Assembly (NCBI GenBank): GCA_963798475.1
Contig: CAWCTI010000018.1
Span: forward strand, 140,976-204,975
Direction: 5' to 3'
DNA from: an uncultured delta proteobacterium
GTDB taxonomy: Bacteria > Desulfobacterota > Desulfomonilia > Desulfomonilales > Desulfomonilaceae
Length of the DNA: 64,000 nt
Shown here piece after piece: positions 37,025 through 45,995 of this stretch; the first letter of the stretch is position 1; each line of letters opens with the position of its first letter. The position numbers were made by a program, and so were the translations under genes. Below the pieces are notes generated by a model. That model had not been told where the DNA came from. It saw nothing but the letters and a program-made list of their open reading frames with translations, and did not search any database.

Positions 37025-38295
37025 ACGCTGAATATGTCAAGCCGATCCCGGCTGTGCAACCATGGACTGAAGAGTTTTGGAGGGCCACAAAGAAGCGCCG
37101 TCTCCTCATACAGGAGTGCCAGAATTGTAATACCCTGATCTTCTATCCGCGCAAGTATTGTCCAGAGTGCTGGTCGGTGGACTTGGGCTGGCGAGAGGCG
37201 AGCGGGAAGGCCAAAGTGTACACCTTCGCAATTATGCGTGACATGGTTGAGCCCCAGTTCATGCCTGATCTGCCGTACGTGCTGGCCATGGTTGATTTGC
37301 AGGAAGGCATCAGGATGATGACGCAGATCGTGGAATGCGAGCCAGAGGCGGTTGAGATCGGTATGGATGTGGACGTGATCTTTCAGGATATCACGGATCA
37401 GCACGCCCTCCCTCTTTTCCGTCCTTCCGATGAATCGCTGCGAACAGTTGCTCTAGAGAAAAGTGATCGCGCCGATGAAGTGGAAGCACTGGGATTCATG
37501 AAACCAGAAGACTACCATACCATTCGGTACGAGATTGAAGGCCCGAGCAATACGATCTGCCGGATTACCCTTACTAGGCCAGAAAAGGGGAATGCGATCA
37601 ATCGGCGAATGGCCTGGGAGCTTACGGATGCATTCCGACGAGTCAGGCAGGAGCGATCTGTTGGGGTTGTGATCCTTGCGGGGACAGACGGCAAATCATT
37701 CTGCGCTGGTGGGGATTTGGATGTCTTTCCATCCCTAGCCGAGCATCAAGCATCCCTGAACTGGTTGTCCCACGAAGGACTGGATGTGCAACACTCCATC
37801 GCCGACTGTGAAAAGGTAGTGATAGCCAAAATCAATGGTCACTGCCTGGCCGGAGGGCTTGAATTGGCGCTCTGCTGTGATCTGCTCTACGCCAAAGAAT
37901 CGGCAAGAATCGGTCTCACTGAAATCAACATGGGCATCCTTCCCGGATGGGGTGGTACGGCTCGCATCGTCAGGAGCATGCCAGTGCAGCGAGCGAGGGA
38001 ACTGGTCTACAGCGGGAGCAAGAACTACACCGCCCGCGAGGTGTATGAAATGGGTCTTTTGACACGTGTTTTTCCTGACGATCAGTTCGAGGAGCAATTT
38101 GAGAAAGTCGCGGCTCAGATAGCTTCAAAGAAACCGATAGCCTTGCGCATGGGTAAAGAGATTATGGCTCGCTCCGCAGAAGGAGGGAGCATCGACACGG
38201 CCTTGGCCGTGGAACGAAACGGCATTCAGTGGCTCGTCCATGCGCCTGACATTCAGAGCATGCTCGAGAATTTCCGGAAAGGCGTGAAGAGCTGA
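37021..38295 (+). CDS. fusion protein: DUF35 (Zn-ribbon + OB fold) N-domain and enoyl-CoA hydratase/isomerase (crotonase) C-domain
   Basis: Zn ribbon is CQNCNTLIFYPRKYCPECWS, followed by the OB fold (GKAKVYTFAI...LAMVDLQEG). Crotonase motifs are FCAGGDL, INGHCLAGGLELALCCD and TEINMGILPGWGGT. Confidence 0.85.
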   Translation: MNAEYVKPIPAVQPWTEEFWRATKKRRLLIQECQNCNTLIFYPRKYCPECWSVDLGWREASGKAKVYTFAIMRDMVEPQFMPDLPYVLAMVDLQEGIRMMTQIVECEPEAVEIGMDVDVIFQDITDQHALPLFRPSDESLRTVALEKSDRADEVEALGFMKPEDYHTIRYEIEGPSNTICRITLTRPEKGNAINRRMAWELTDAFRRVRQERSVGVVILAGTDGKSFCAGGDLDVFPSLAEHQASLNWLSHEGLDVQHSIADCEKVVIAKINGHCLAGGLELALCCDLLYAKESARIGLTEINMGILPGWGGTARIVRSMPVQRARELVYSGSKNYTAREVYEMGLLTRVFPDDQFEEQFEKVAAQIASKKPIALRMGKEIMARSAEGGSIDTALAVERNGIQWLVHAPDIQSMLENFRKGVKS

Positions 38296-38306
38296 GGAGA
38301 AACGTA

Positions 38307-39470
38307 ATGGATTTCAATCTAACGGAAGAGCAGGAAATGCTCCGCGAGACCATCCGCAAGTTCTGCAGGAAAGAATTGACCAAAGAAAAGGTCCGCTGGA
38401 TGGACGAGAACTGTGACTTCATGCCGGAGGAAATCTGGAAAGGTTTAGCGGACCTAGGCGTTTTTGGCTTGGCCGTCCCTCAACAATATGGCGGTCTAGG
38501 ACTCGGTCAGATTGAGGCCATGATCGTGATTGAGGAGTTGGCGACTGCGTCAGTCGCAGTGGCGCTAGGCGTTGGAGCCACTATGGGTTTTGGAGTAGCG
38601 CCTGTGCTGCACATGGGAACAGAACAACAGAAGGCCAAACACCTACCGCGAATTGCCGCCGGAGAAGAGAGGTGGGCCATGGCCTTGACGGAACCTGCGG
38701 GAGGGACCGATATCCTGGGCGCGATTTCCACCAAGGCCGAGGACAAGGGCGATCACTGGCTCATCAATGGGGTCAAGGTGTTTATCACGGCGGCCCATGT
38801 ATGCGATTTCATGATCGTCATAGCGATTACGAATCGCGCAGCCAAGCGATCTCAGGGCCTGTCAGTCTTCATAGTCCCCAGGAATTCCGAGGGGCTTCAA
38901 ACTAAGCTGATACCCAAAGTCGGCTGTCACGCGTGCGGAGCTAATTATGTTTATCTAGACGATGTTAGCGTGCCCAAAGAGAACCTTTTGGGTACGCTGA
39001 ACGGTGGGTGGCATCAGCTCCTGCTGGTTTTGAACAACGAGCGCATCGGCACGTCAGCTCTTAGCTTGGGGGTGGCTCAAGCCGCATTCAACGATGCTTT
39101 TCGTTACGCGCAGGAGAGACAAGCGTTCGGCGGTTCCATCTCCCGTTTCCAGGTCATCCAGCACTACCTTGCCGACATAGCTATCGAGATAGAGAATGCT
39201 CGCAACCTCGTCTACAAGTGCGCATGGCTGGCCGACAACAAGAAACCTATGCACATTGAAGCCTGCATGGCCAAGGTCGTAGCGTCACGGGCCAGCGAGA
39301 AGGCGGCCATCTGGGGCATGGAGATACTTGGAGGCTACGGGTACACCATGGAGTACGACATGCAACGTTATTTCAGAGACTACAAACAAATGGTGTTTTC
39401 CCCTATTACCGACGAAATGGCCAAGAACATGATGATGCAGTTCATGGGCTATCCGAAATCGTGGTCATAG
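38307..39470 (+). CDS. acyl-CoA dehydrogenase
   Basis: ALTEPAGGTD, FITAAH and ILGGYGYTMEYDMQRYFRDYK motifs. 387 aa. Confidence 0.9.
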   Translation: MDFNLTEEQEMLRETIRKFCRKELTKEKVRWMDENCDFMPEEIWKGLADLGVFGLAVPQQYGGLGLGQIEAMIVIEELATASVAVALGVGATMGFGVAPVLHMGTEQQKAKHLPRIAAGEERWAMALTEPAGGTDILGAISTKAEDKGDHWLINGVKVFITAAHVCDFMIVIAITNRAAKRSQGLSVFIVPRNSEGLQTKLIPKVGCHACGANYVYLDDVSVPKENLLGTLNGGWHQLLLVLNNERIGTSALSLGVAQAAFNDAFRYAQERQAFGGSISRFQVIQHYLADIAIEIENARNLVYKCAWLADNKKPMHIEACMAKVVASRASEKAAIWGMEILGGYGYTMEYDMQRYFRDYKQMVFSPITDEMAKNMMMQFMGYPKSWS

Positions 39471-39482
39471 AAGGGGGAAAAG

Positions 39483-41031
39483 ATGTACACTTTGGGCGAC
39501 ATTCCAAGAAAATTGGCGATTCTCTTCCCTCACAATACTGCCACAGTATTCGAAGGCGTTCGTCTCACTTATCGGCAGCTCAACGAGCGAGTGAATCGGC
39601 TGGCAAATGGTTTGCTTGCATTGGGTATCGACAAGGGAGACCGGGTCACGGGTACTAGCCGAAAACACTTACAAGTACCTTGAGGTCTACTTTGCGGCAA
39701 GCAAGATTGGAATAAGTGTCACTCCTCTTAACTTTCGGTTATCTGACCAAGAACTGTGCCACATTGTCAACGATTCTGAAGCGACTTGTATCTTTTTCGC
39801 TGACGGGTATGAAGATCGGGCGCGGACGATCTTGGATAGCACCCCGTCCATAAAGTTCCGCATCACTATGGATAATCCAGTCGACGGTTGTCAGGCTTAC
39901 GAAGAGTTATTGGCAGGCGCTCCTCCGGACGAACCTAGCCTGGACGCAGATGAGAATGCGATGGCCATACTCATGTACACCGGAGGGACCACGGGCACGC
40001 CGAAAGGTGTCATGATGTCACACCGTGGACTCATGACCGGTATTCTGTCAGCGGCTTTGGGGTTCTCTTTCAATCAAAATGACTCCACTTGCTTTGTTCT
40101 CCCTCTTTTCCACGTATCTTTTTGGCCTGCGCTAGCGGTGCTGCTCACAGGGGGCAAAGTGGTGATTAATAGGAGACCCAATCTGACGGGTATTCTCCAG
40201 CTCATTCAAGAAGAAAGGTGCACCCACATCAACGCAGTCCCCACGCTTTACGGATGGCTCTTACAATATACCAATCCAGACGCATATGACCTCTCCAGCC
40301 TGCGGTCCATTTCATACGCAGGGAGTCCTTTTCCGCCGGAACTTCTCAAACAGTGCATCCAAAAGTTCGGACCAAAGTTTCAACAAGTGTACGCCATGAC
40401 TGAATGCATTGGCGGAACAATTCTCTTCCAGCAAGATCACGTATTGGAGGGGGAGCGGTCCAGGCTGCTTGCAAGCGCGGGTAGAGCAAGTATGAGTGTC
40501 GACGTGCAGGTGTTTGATAACGACGATCGGCCCCTGCCTGTTGGCGAAATGGGTGAAATCGTCATCAGGGGAAAGTGCGTCATGATGGGCTACTGGAAAA
40601 ACCCCGAGCTGACGTCCTCAACCTTACGCGGAGGTTGGTACCACACCGGCGACATGGGTTATATTGATGAGGAAGGCTACCTATTCCTTGTGGATCGCAA
40701 GGCAGATATGATTGTTACAGGCGGGGAAAACGTCTACCCAAAGGAAACCGAGGACGTACTCTACCAACACCCCGCCGTGGCCATGGTGGCCGTTGTTTCG
40801 GCGCCCGACGAGAGATGGGGAGAACGAATCCAGGCTGTAGTGGTTCTTAAACCTGATCAACAAATCACTGAAGAAGAACTTATTGTTCACTGCAAAGAGC
40901 GTTTGGCCGGGTACAAGTGTCCAAAGTCAGTCGAATTCTGGTCTCAAATTCCCACAACTCCTGTCGGAAAAATAATCCGCAAAGACGTTAAGAAGAAGTT
41001 CTGGGAAGGCCACGATCGCTACATTGCTTAA
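39483..41031 (+). pseudogene. AMP-dependent acyl-CoA synthetase/ligase interrupted by a +1 frameshift near 39649-39651
   Basis: The N-part (frame of 39483) ends ...LGIDKGDRVTGTSRKH. The continuation LAENTYKYLEVYFAASKIG is in the frame of 39607. Removing one G from the GGG at 39649-51 gives GDRVTVLAENTY. AMP-binding motifs are YTGGTTGTPKGV and YHTGDMGYIDEEGYLFLVDRKADMI. Confidence 0.8.
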
Positions 41032-41063
41032 CTACCTGTTCTGCATACTGAAGGAGGTGATTT

Positions 41064-42074
41064 ATGACGGAACATCAAAAAGACGAGTTTTTTAAGATCG
41101 ATCCAGAAGCGCACCTGATCGGCCACATGGAACAAGTCAATCATTTTCCTGGAGTTCAAATGTGGTGGAGAGCTATCGACAGCATCCGTAGACCGCTCTT
41201 GTTGGGGATGCCGCCAGAGGCCTTCCAAGGCATGGAGCAATGGGAGATGGAAAAGACTACAGATCCGAAACGTCTGCTCATGGCTATGGACAAGTATGGA
41301 GTCGATATTGCGTGCTTGCTGCCCGAATCTATGATGGATGCTACCGGTTACTCGAGCAGATGGTGCACGAACGGAGAAATGGGCAAGATCGTGGAGTCTA
41401 ATCCTGACCGTTTCATGTATCAACCCAATATGTCACCAATCATTCACAGGGGCTTGAAGAATACCCTGTGGGAGCTGGAATACTGGGTCAAGGAGAAGGG
41501 TGCCAAAATATTCAAATTCTATCCCCCGGAAGACACCTACATCAATGATCCTGAACTCTGGCCCTTTTACGCAAAAGCACAAGAGCTGGGCATTGTTCTC
41601 GACATCCACACCGGCTTCTGCTGGGTGCCTCCAGGAAAAAGCAAGTATGCGTTGCCCATCTACCTGGACGATGTGGCAAGAGATTTCCCCGAGTTGAAAA
41701 TCAATGCGTTTCATATGGGCTATCCCCATTGCGATGATCTCAACATGATCGCAATGGGACACCCCAACGTCTACGTATGCTTGAGCCTTCTGGTTCCTTG
41801 GGCGCTCTCAACTCCGAGAAAATTCGCCAAAATCTTAGGAGAGGCGCTTCGCTGGGTAGGACCGGACAAGATAATTTGGGGAACCGATTACGCTGGGTTC
41901 GGAGTCCAGGTGAGAAGCGCTGTTATCGGATTGCAATCATTCCAGATTCCTGAAGATATGCAGAAAAGCTACGGCTATCCAGTGATTACTGATGTGGACC
42001 GGGCAAAGATATTTGGCGGCAACCTTGCGCGTCTTCTAGGTATCGACACTTCGAAACGGAGGCTATCATCCTAA
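41064..42074 (+). CDS. amidohydrolase-2 family metal-dependent hydrolase/decarboxylase-type TIM-barrel protein
   Basis: MDKYGVDIACLLPE, FKFYPPE, VLDIHTG, NAFHMGYPHCDD and IIWGTDYA follow the pattern of the amidohydrolase_2 (ACMSD/LigI/LigW-type) family. Confidence 0.75.
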   Translation: MTEHQKDEFFKIDPEAHLIGHMEQVNHFPGVQMWWRAIDSIRRPLLLGMPPEAFQGMEQWEMEKTTDPKRLLMAMDKYGVDIACLLPESMMDATGYSSRWCTNGEMGKIVESNPDRFMYQPNMSPIIHRGLKNTLWELEYWVKEKGAKIFKFYPPEDTYINDPELWPFYAKAQELGIVLDIHTGFCWVPPGKSKYALPIYLDDVARDFPELKINAFHMGYPHCDDLNMIAMGHPNVYVCLSLLVPWALSTPRKFAKILGEALRWVGPDKIIWGTDYAGFGVQVRSAVIGLQSFQIPEDMQKSYGYPVITDVDRAKIFGGNLARLLGIDTSKRRLSS

Positions 42075-42287
42075 GCGCCAGATCTTCAGAACAGTGCTGC
42101 AAGGCAATCTTTCTGGTCCACGAGACCGCTTTCACAACGAACTGACTTTAGCTGGCAGCCGCTATGCCTTCGAAGAGAACCCAGACGTGCCGTCCGACGC
42201 GGAAGAAGGCCTCTGGACGCCGCTGATCAGTTCACATTCACATAACTAGGTCACCATCCCATGCTGACCTAGTAGAGGAGAAAAACA

Positions 42288-43676
42288 ATGAGTTTCGACG
42301 CTCTCTTCGAGCCGATAGAGATCGGCGATGTTAAAATCAAAAACCGTATCGCTATGGCGCCGATGAATCCAGGTCTGTCTGGACCTAACGGGTATCACTC
42401 AGACACAAACACCGCGTGGTACGCCACCAGAGCCCGGGGAGGTTTTGGTCTTATCATCACTGAATGTTGCGTGATGAATCCGCATCGATGGCAAGGATCG
42501 GAAGTTCTCAACCCTTCATTATTCACCGATTACCGATACTACCGGTTCCACAGTGAAATGGTGAAACTCGTGCATGAATACAACGAGTGCAAGATCTTCA
42601 TGCAATTGAGTCCTGGATGGGGACGGCAAGGACATCCCCACGTGGAATCCTCCGATTGTCCTGCAGGAGCCCCTTCTCCTCTCCCTTACGAGATAGACAT
42701 GCGTCTCTTTAGCAAGGGCTGGGCTATTCAGTTCAAGCGCGTCACACCAAAACTGACTGAGCTAATGCCGTTTGAAGTTCTCAGCAACATGAGTGATGAG
42801 GAATATAATCAGTTCAGGCAGGCAGGCAAAGAAGTTCTGGCCAGAGAAGCTCCGGAACTGCTGCACGTTATTTACGGGGATACCCCGCGCGAGTTGACTG
42901 TGACAGAAATCGTAGATCTGGAAGACCGGTTCGCTGTCCAGGCGCAGGCTGCCTTCCAATTAGAGTATGATGGCGTTGAAGTTCATGCTCCCCATGGATA
43001 TCTGATTCATTCTTTTTTGTCTCCGCGATCTAATCAGCGGCATGACCAGTACGGAGGCAGTTTGGAGAATCGAGCCCGTTTCCTTCTAAATATTGTCGAG
43101 AAGACTCGAAAAAAGATTGGCCCGAACAAGGCGTTTGGAGTCCGGCTTTCGGGTGATGAGCTAATGCCTAATGGCGTGACGCACGATGAAATTAAGCAGG
43201 TCGTGTCATGGTGCAAAGACGCTGGCGCTAATTTCTTCAACGTTTCTCAAGGGTGCTATGAAAATCCAGGCGCTGCGTTCGCTCCTGATGGTGAAGATGA
43301 GTTCACCAGATGGGCACCAGGGTTCAAGGAAGCTTCCGGCGGCTTACCGGTGATCACCCCGAACTTCATAAACCCTGAAACTGCGGAGAATGCTGTCAAA
43401 TCCGGACAGACTGACATGATTTCTCTCGGTAGGCAAGCCATTGCGGACCCGTTCTGGCCAGCCAAGGTAAAAGAAGGCCGAGTGAAAGACATCGTCAAGT
43501 GTGTGCGCTGTCAACAGTGTTACATGAATCTCATAATCTCCCACTGGCTGGAATGCACAGTGAATCCGACTGCAGGAAAGGAAAAATTCTATCCGGAACT
43601 CTGGTTAAATACCCCCAAAATCGAGAGAAGGGTCAACCGGTTTAAAGAAAAGATAGCGGATTTACCGCAGATTTGA
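42288..43676 (+). CDS. Old Yellow Enzyme-family FMN oxidoreductase with C-terminal 4-Cys (FeS-type) motif, lacking an FAD/NAD(P)H domain
   Basis: IKNRIAMAPMN, HAPHGYLIHSFLSPRSNQRHDQYGGSLENRARF and the Cys motif CVRCQQC-x11-C-TVNP. The protein ends at 462 aa. Confidence 0.85.
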   Translation: MSFDALFEPIEIGDVKIKNRIAMAPMNPGLSGPNGYHSDTNTAWYATRARGGFGLIITECCVMNPHRWQGSEVLNPSLFTDYRYYRFHSEMVKLVHEYNECKIFMQLSPGWGRQGHPHVESSDCPAGAPSPLPYEIDMRLFSKGWAIQFKRVTPKLTELMPFEVLSNMSDEEYNQFRQAGKEVLAREAPELLHVIYGDTPRELTVTEIVDLEDRFAVQAQAAFQLEYDGVEVHAPHGYLIHSFLSPRSNQRHDQYGGSLENRARFLLNIVEKTRKKIGPNKAFGVRLSGDELMPNGVTHDEIKQVVSWCKDAGANFFNVSQGCYENPGAAFAPDGEDEFTRWAPGFKEASGGLPVITPNFINPETAENAVKSGQTDMISLGRQAIADPFWPAKVKEGRVKDIVKCVRCQQCYMNLIISHWLECTVNPTAGKEKFYPELWLNTPKIERRVNRFKEKIADLPQI

Positions 43677-43748
43677 TGTGCCGGTTTGCGCCAACATGCG
43701 GATTGACGAGCAGGTTTTAAAGGTGAGTATTAGGTCTTTAAAATGATG

Positions 43749-43788
43749 GCAAGCCTCCGTCTGCTATTGAGCAGGCGTTTAGGCTTGC
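43749..43788 (+). terminator. stem-loop between the OYE and SCP2 genes (possible attenuator/terminator)
   Basis: gcaagcct ccgtctgct attg agcaggcg ttt aggcttgc, an outer 8-bp perfect stem plus an inner imperfect stem, followed by tgtatttg. Confidence 0.3.
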
Positions 43789-43823
43789 TGTATTTGCGAG
43801 TTCATTAAAGAAAGGGAGATAAC

Positions 43824-44153
43824 ATGGCTTTAGAAACGGTGAAGCAAGTGTTTGAGACCATGCCGAAGGTCTTTGCGGCAGGCAGGGCCTCAGGTGTGGA
43901 TGCCGTGTTCCAGTTCCATATCTCCGGGAAGGAAGCCGGCGATTGGCACATTGTCGTCAAAAACGGCGCATGTGAAATTTTCCAAGGCGTTCACTCTAAT
44001 CCCAGTGTGACGTTGAGCCTTATTGATTCGGATTGGGTCGCCATGTGCAATGGGCAACTCGACGGCATGTCGGCCTTCATGAGCGGCAAGCTCAAAGCGA
44101 GTGGTAATGTCATGCTTGCGCAGCAAATCCCAACGCTGTTCCCGCTGAGATAA
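43824..44153 (+). CDS. SCP2 sterol/lipid-carrier domain protein
   Basis: 109 aa. MSAFMSGKLKASGNVMLAQQI resembles the SCP2 C-terminal signature (GKLKIxGDMxLAxKL). Confidence 0.75.
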   Translation: MALETVKQVFETMPKVFAAGRASGVDAVFQFHISGKEAGDWHIVVKNGACEIFQGVHSNPSVTLSLIDSDWVAMCNGQLDGMSAFMSGKLKASGNVMLAQQIPTLFPLR

Positions 44154-44246
44154 GCCACAAAATGTTAGCGTACACTTGCGGTACGACGGGAACATGTGTG
44201 GCCATGTTTCTGCTGTGCTGCCCCGGACAAGATTGGAATATCCGAA

Positions 44247-45077
44247 ATGACATCACTAACCGGCAAGACAGCGTTGGTTACTGGGGGCTCCCGAGGGCTG
44301 GGACGGGCGATCGCTCTGGCCCTGGGTTGCGCCGGATCAAATGTCGTCATAACAGACATTCTGATAGAAGACGACAACAGCGATGCGGCTCAATGGGCTG
44401 ATTATAGTCTCTTGGCCAGCCATTTCAAACAAACGGGTTCTGTCCACACGGTTTCAACGGCTCATGAGATCCAAAAGTACAAGGTTGGCGCTCTGGCATT
44501 GAAATTGGATGTGCGTGATGCTGCAGAAGTCCAAACGGTCGTCGCTCGCGCGAGAGATGAATTCGGTGGAATCGACATTTTGGTGAATAATGCAGCCATC
44601 ATGGAAAACTTCGGCAGACTGGATTATCAGAGCCTCCAACATTGGGAACGGGACCTACAGGTGAACCTTTCAGGGGCATTCATATGTGCCCAAGCAGTCT
44701 GGCCCAACATGGTTGAAAGGGGCTGGGGTCGGATAATCAATATGTCGTCTATTGCCGGTTTGATGGGTGCCTATGCGCATCCCAGTTACGGAGCTTCCAA
44801 AGCGGGTCTGATCGGTCTTACCAAGTCATTGGCCCTCGAAGGCGCCCGCCACGGCATCACGGTCAATGCGGTAGCGCCTGGTTTCATCGATACAGAGGCA
44901 ATCCACATGGCGGGAGCGGAAAAAGTGGAGCGTTATCGTAATCGTTGCCCCATGAAACGTTTAGGTCGAGCGGAGGAAGTGGCAGCGCTGGTCACTTTCC
45001 TGGCCTCGGACGCCGCTGGGTTTATCACGGGCGCAACTGTGCCCGTTACAGGTGGCATAGACCTGTTAAACTTCTGA
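44247..45077 (+). CDS. short-chain dehydrogenase/reductase (FabG-like 3-hydroxyacyl/3-oxoacyl reductase)
   Basis: TGGSRGLGRAIA cofactor motif, NNAA, catalytic YGASKAG. Start chosen at MTSLTGKTALVTGG (the ORF is open from 44196). Confidence 0.88.
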   Translation: MTSLTGKTALVTGGSRGLGRAIALALGCAGSNVVITDILIEDDNSDAAQWADYSLLASHFKQTGSVHTVSTAHEIQKYKVGALALKLDVRDAAEVQTVVARARDEFGGIDILVNNAAIMENFGRLDYQSLQHWERDLQVNLSGAFICAQAVWPNMVERGWGRIINMSSIAGLMGAYAHPSYGASKAGLIGLTKSLALEGARHGITVNAVAPGFIDTEAIHMAGAEKVERYRNRCPMKRLGRAEEVAALVTFLASDAAGFITGATVPVTGGIDLLNF

Positions 45078-45208
45078 GTCTATTCGTAAATGACGTATGC
45101 AATGTCTAGTCTGGTAATTTGAGCAGACCAAGCCCCATGCAGTTTGCCAGCGAACCTGAAGTAACAACTCATCCCCTCAAATTTCCACTATCTAGATGTA
45201 TGTAGAAG

Positions 45209-45240
45209 TTAGAGACCTCCGCCTTGCCGGAGGCCTCTAA
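45209..45240. terminator. GC-rich hairpin between convergent genes
   Basis: ttagagacctccg-ccttgc-cggaggcctctaa, an 11-13 bp stem with one mismatch and no clear U-tract. Confidence 0.3.
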
Positions 45241-45357
45241 CTCTTACAAAACAGCGTCAAGAGAAACGAAAGATCGAAAGAGCCGGGGCGATTGTTTCTC
45301 AAGAGGCTAGGAGGAATGGGCAACCCCTGAATGTGGCCACCACTCCTCTCCCAAGCA

Positions 45358-45894
45358 CTATCGCCGATCGGCCGCACTTTCAGCTGTCTCCATGAGCCGC
45401 TTTTCGTCTTCCGGCGTAAACTTCGGCGCATCGACAGTGATCGTGAGTTTCGCAATCTTTCCCGTAAATTTGAAGGGCACCTGGTAGTCCCGGTCATCCA
45501 CCGGTGTTCCTGTGTCCTCGCCGATGTCGAAGGTCTCGTCCAACTGGAGGATAAGCGGTACGGTGTGCTCCATCTTCTCCGTCGCTACGACCTCGCCATC
45601 GACTTTCAGCACGCCGATACCCCCGCTGTCGATACCACTGATGTTATTGAAGGCCAGAGTGGCTAGGCCCAAGCCATCGTAATTGAAGCCGAATTCTATG
45701 GAGTGTTTGCCGGGTGAAAGAGAACCTTGTCCCTCCCACCGAACCCGCCTGAGATTGAGTAGGTTCCAGGTGAAAACCGGCTTGTTTTTCAGCAGATAAA
45801 AACCATACCCGCCGAATCGTCCGTCGTTCGTATTGATCATGCCCTCGGCGGTGATCGTGTATGAGGTGTTGAGCAGGTTAGGAGCGGCCCCCAT
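45358..45894 (-). pseudogene. C-terminal domain remnant of a long (AtsA-type) arylsulfatase; the catalytic N-domain is missing
   Basis: The 178-aa ORF (GGYGFYLLKNKPVFTWNLL...GKHSIEFGFNYDG...LKVDGEVV...LDETFDIGEDTGTPVDDRDYQVPFKFTGKIAKLTITVD) matches my recollection of the C-terminal beta-sandwich of ~780-aa arylsulfatases. There is no room for the ~500-aa sulfatase domain before the next gene at 45996. Confidence 0.6.
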
Positions 45895-45995
45895 GTGGGA
45901 AGCCAGTCACCGTCTCGCCAGAGTAGGTAAAAACTATCCCCAGTCAGTGGCCAGAGCATCGGAGCAGACAACCTTGCCAGGACGCCATTGAATTC

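Noticed and set aside
42075-42250. Protein-like frame after the amidohydrolase gene (…VLQGNLSGPRDRFHNELTLAGSRYAFEENPDVPSDAEEGLWTPLISSHSHN*), plus an 8-bp-stem hairpin ctaggtca/tgacctag at 42247-42273
   Set aside because: It is not in frame with the amidohydrolase and has no ATG or RBS (only an internal GTG). It may be a decayed C-terminal extension. There is insufficient support for a feature.
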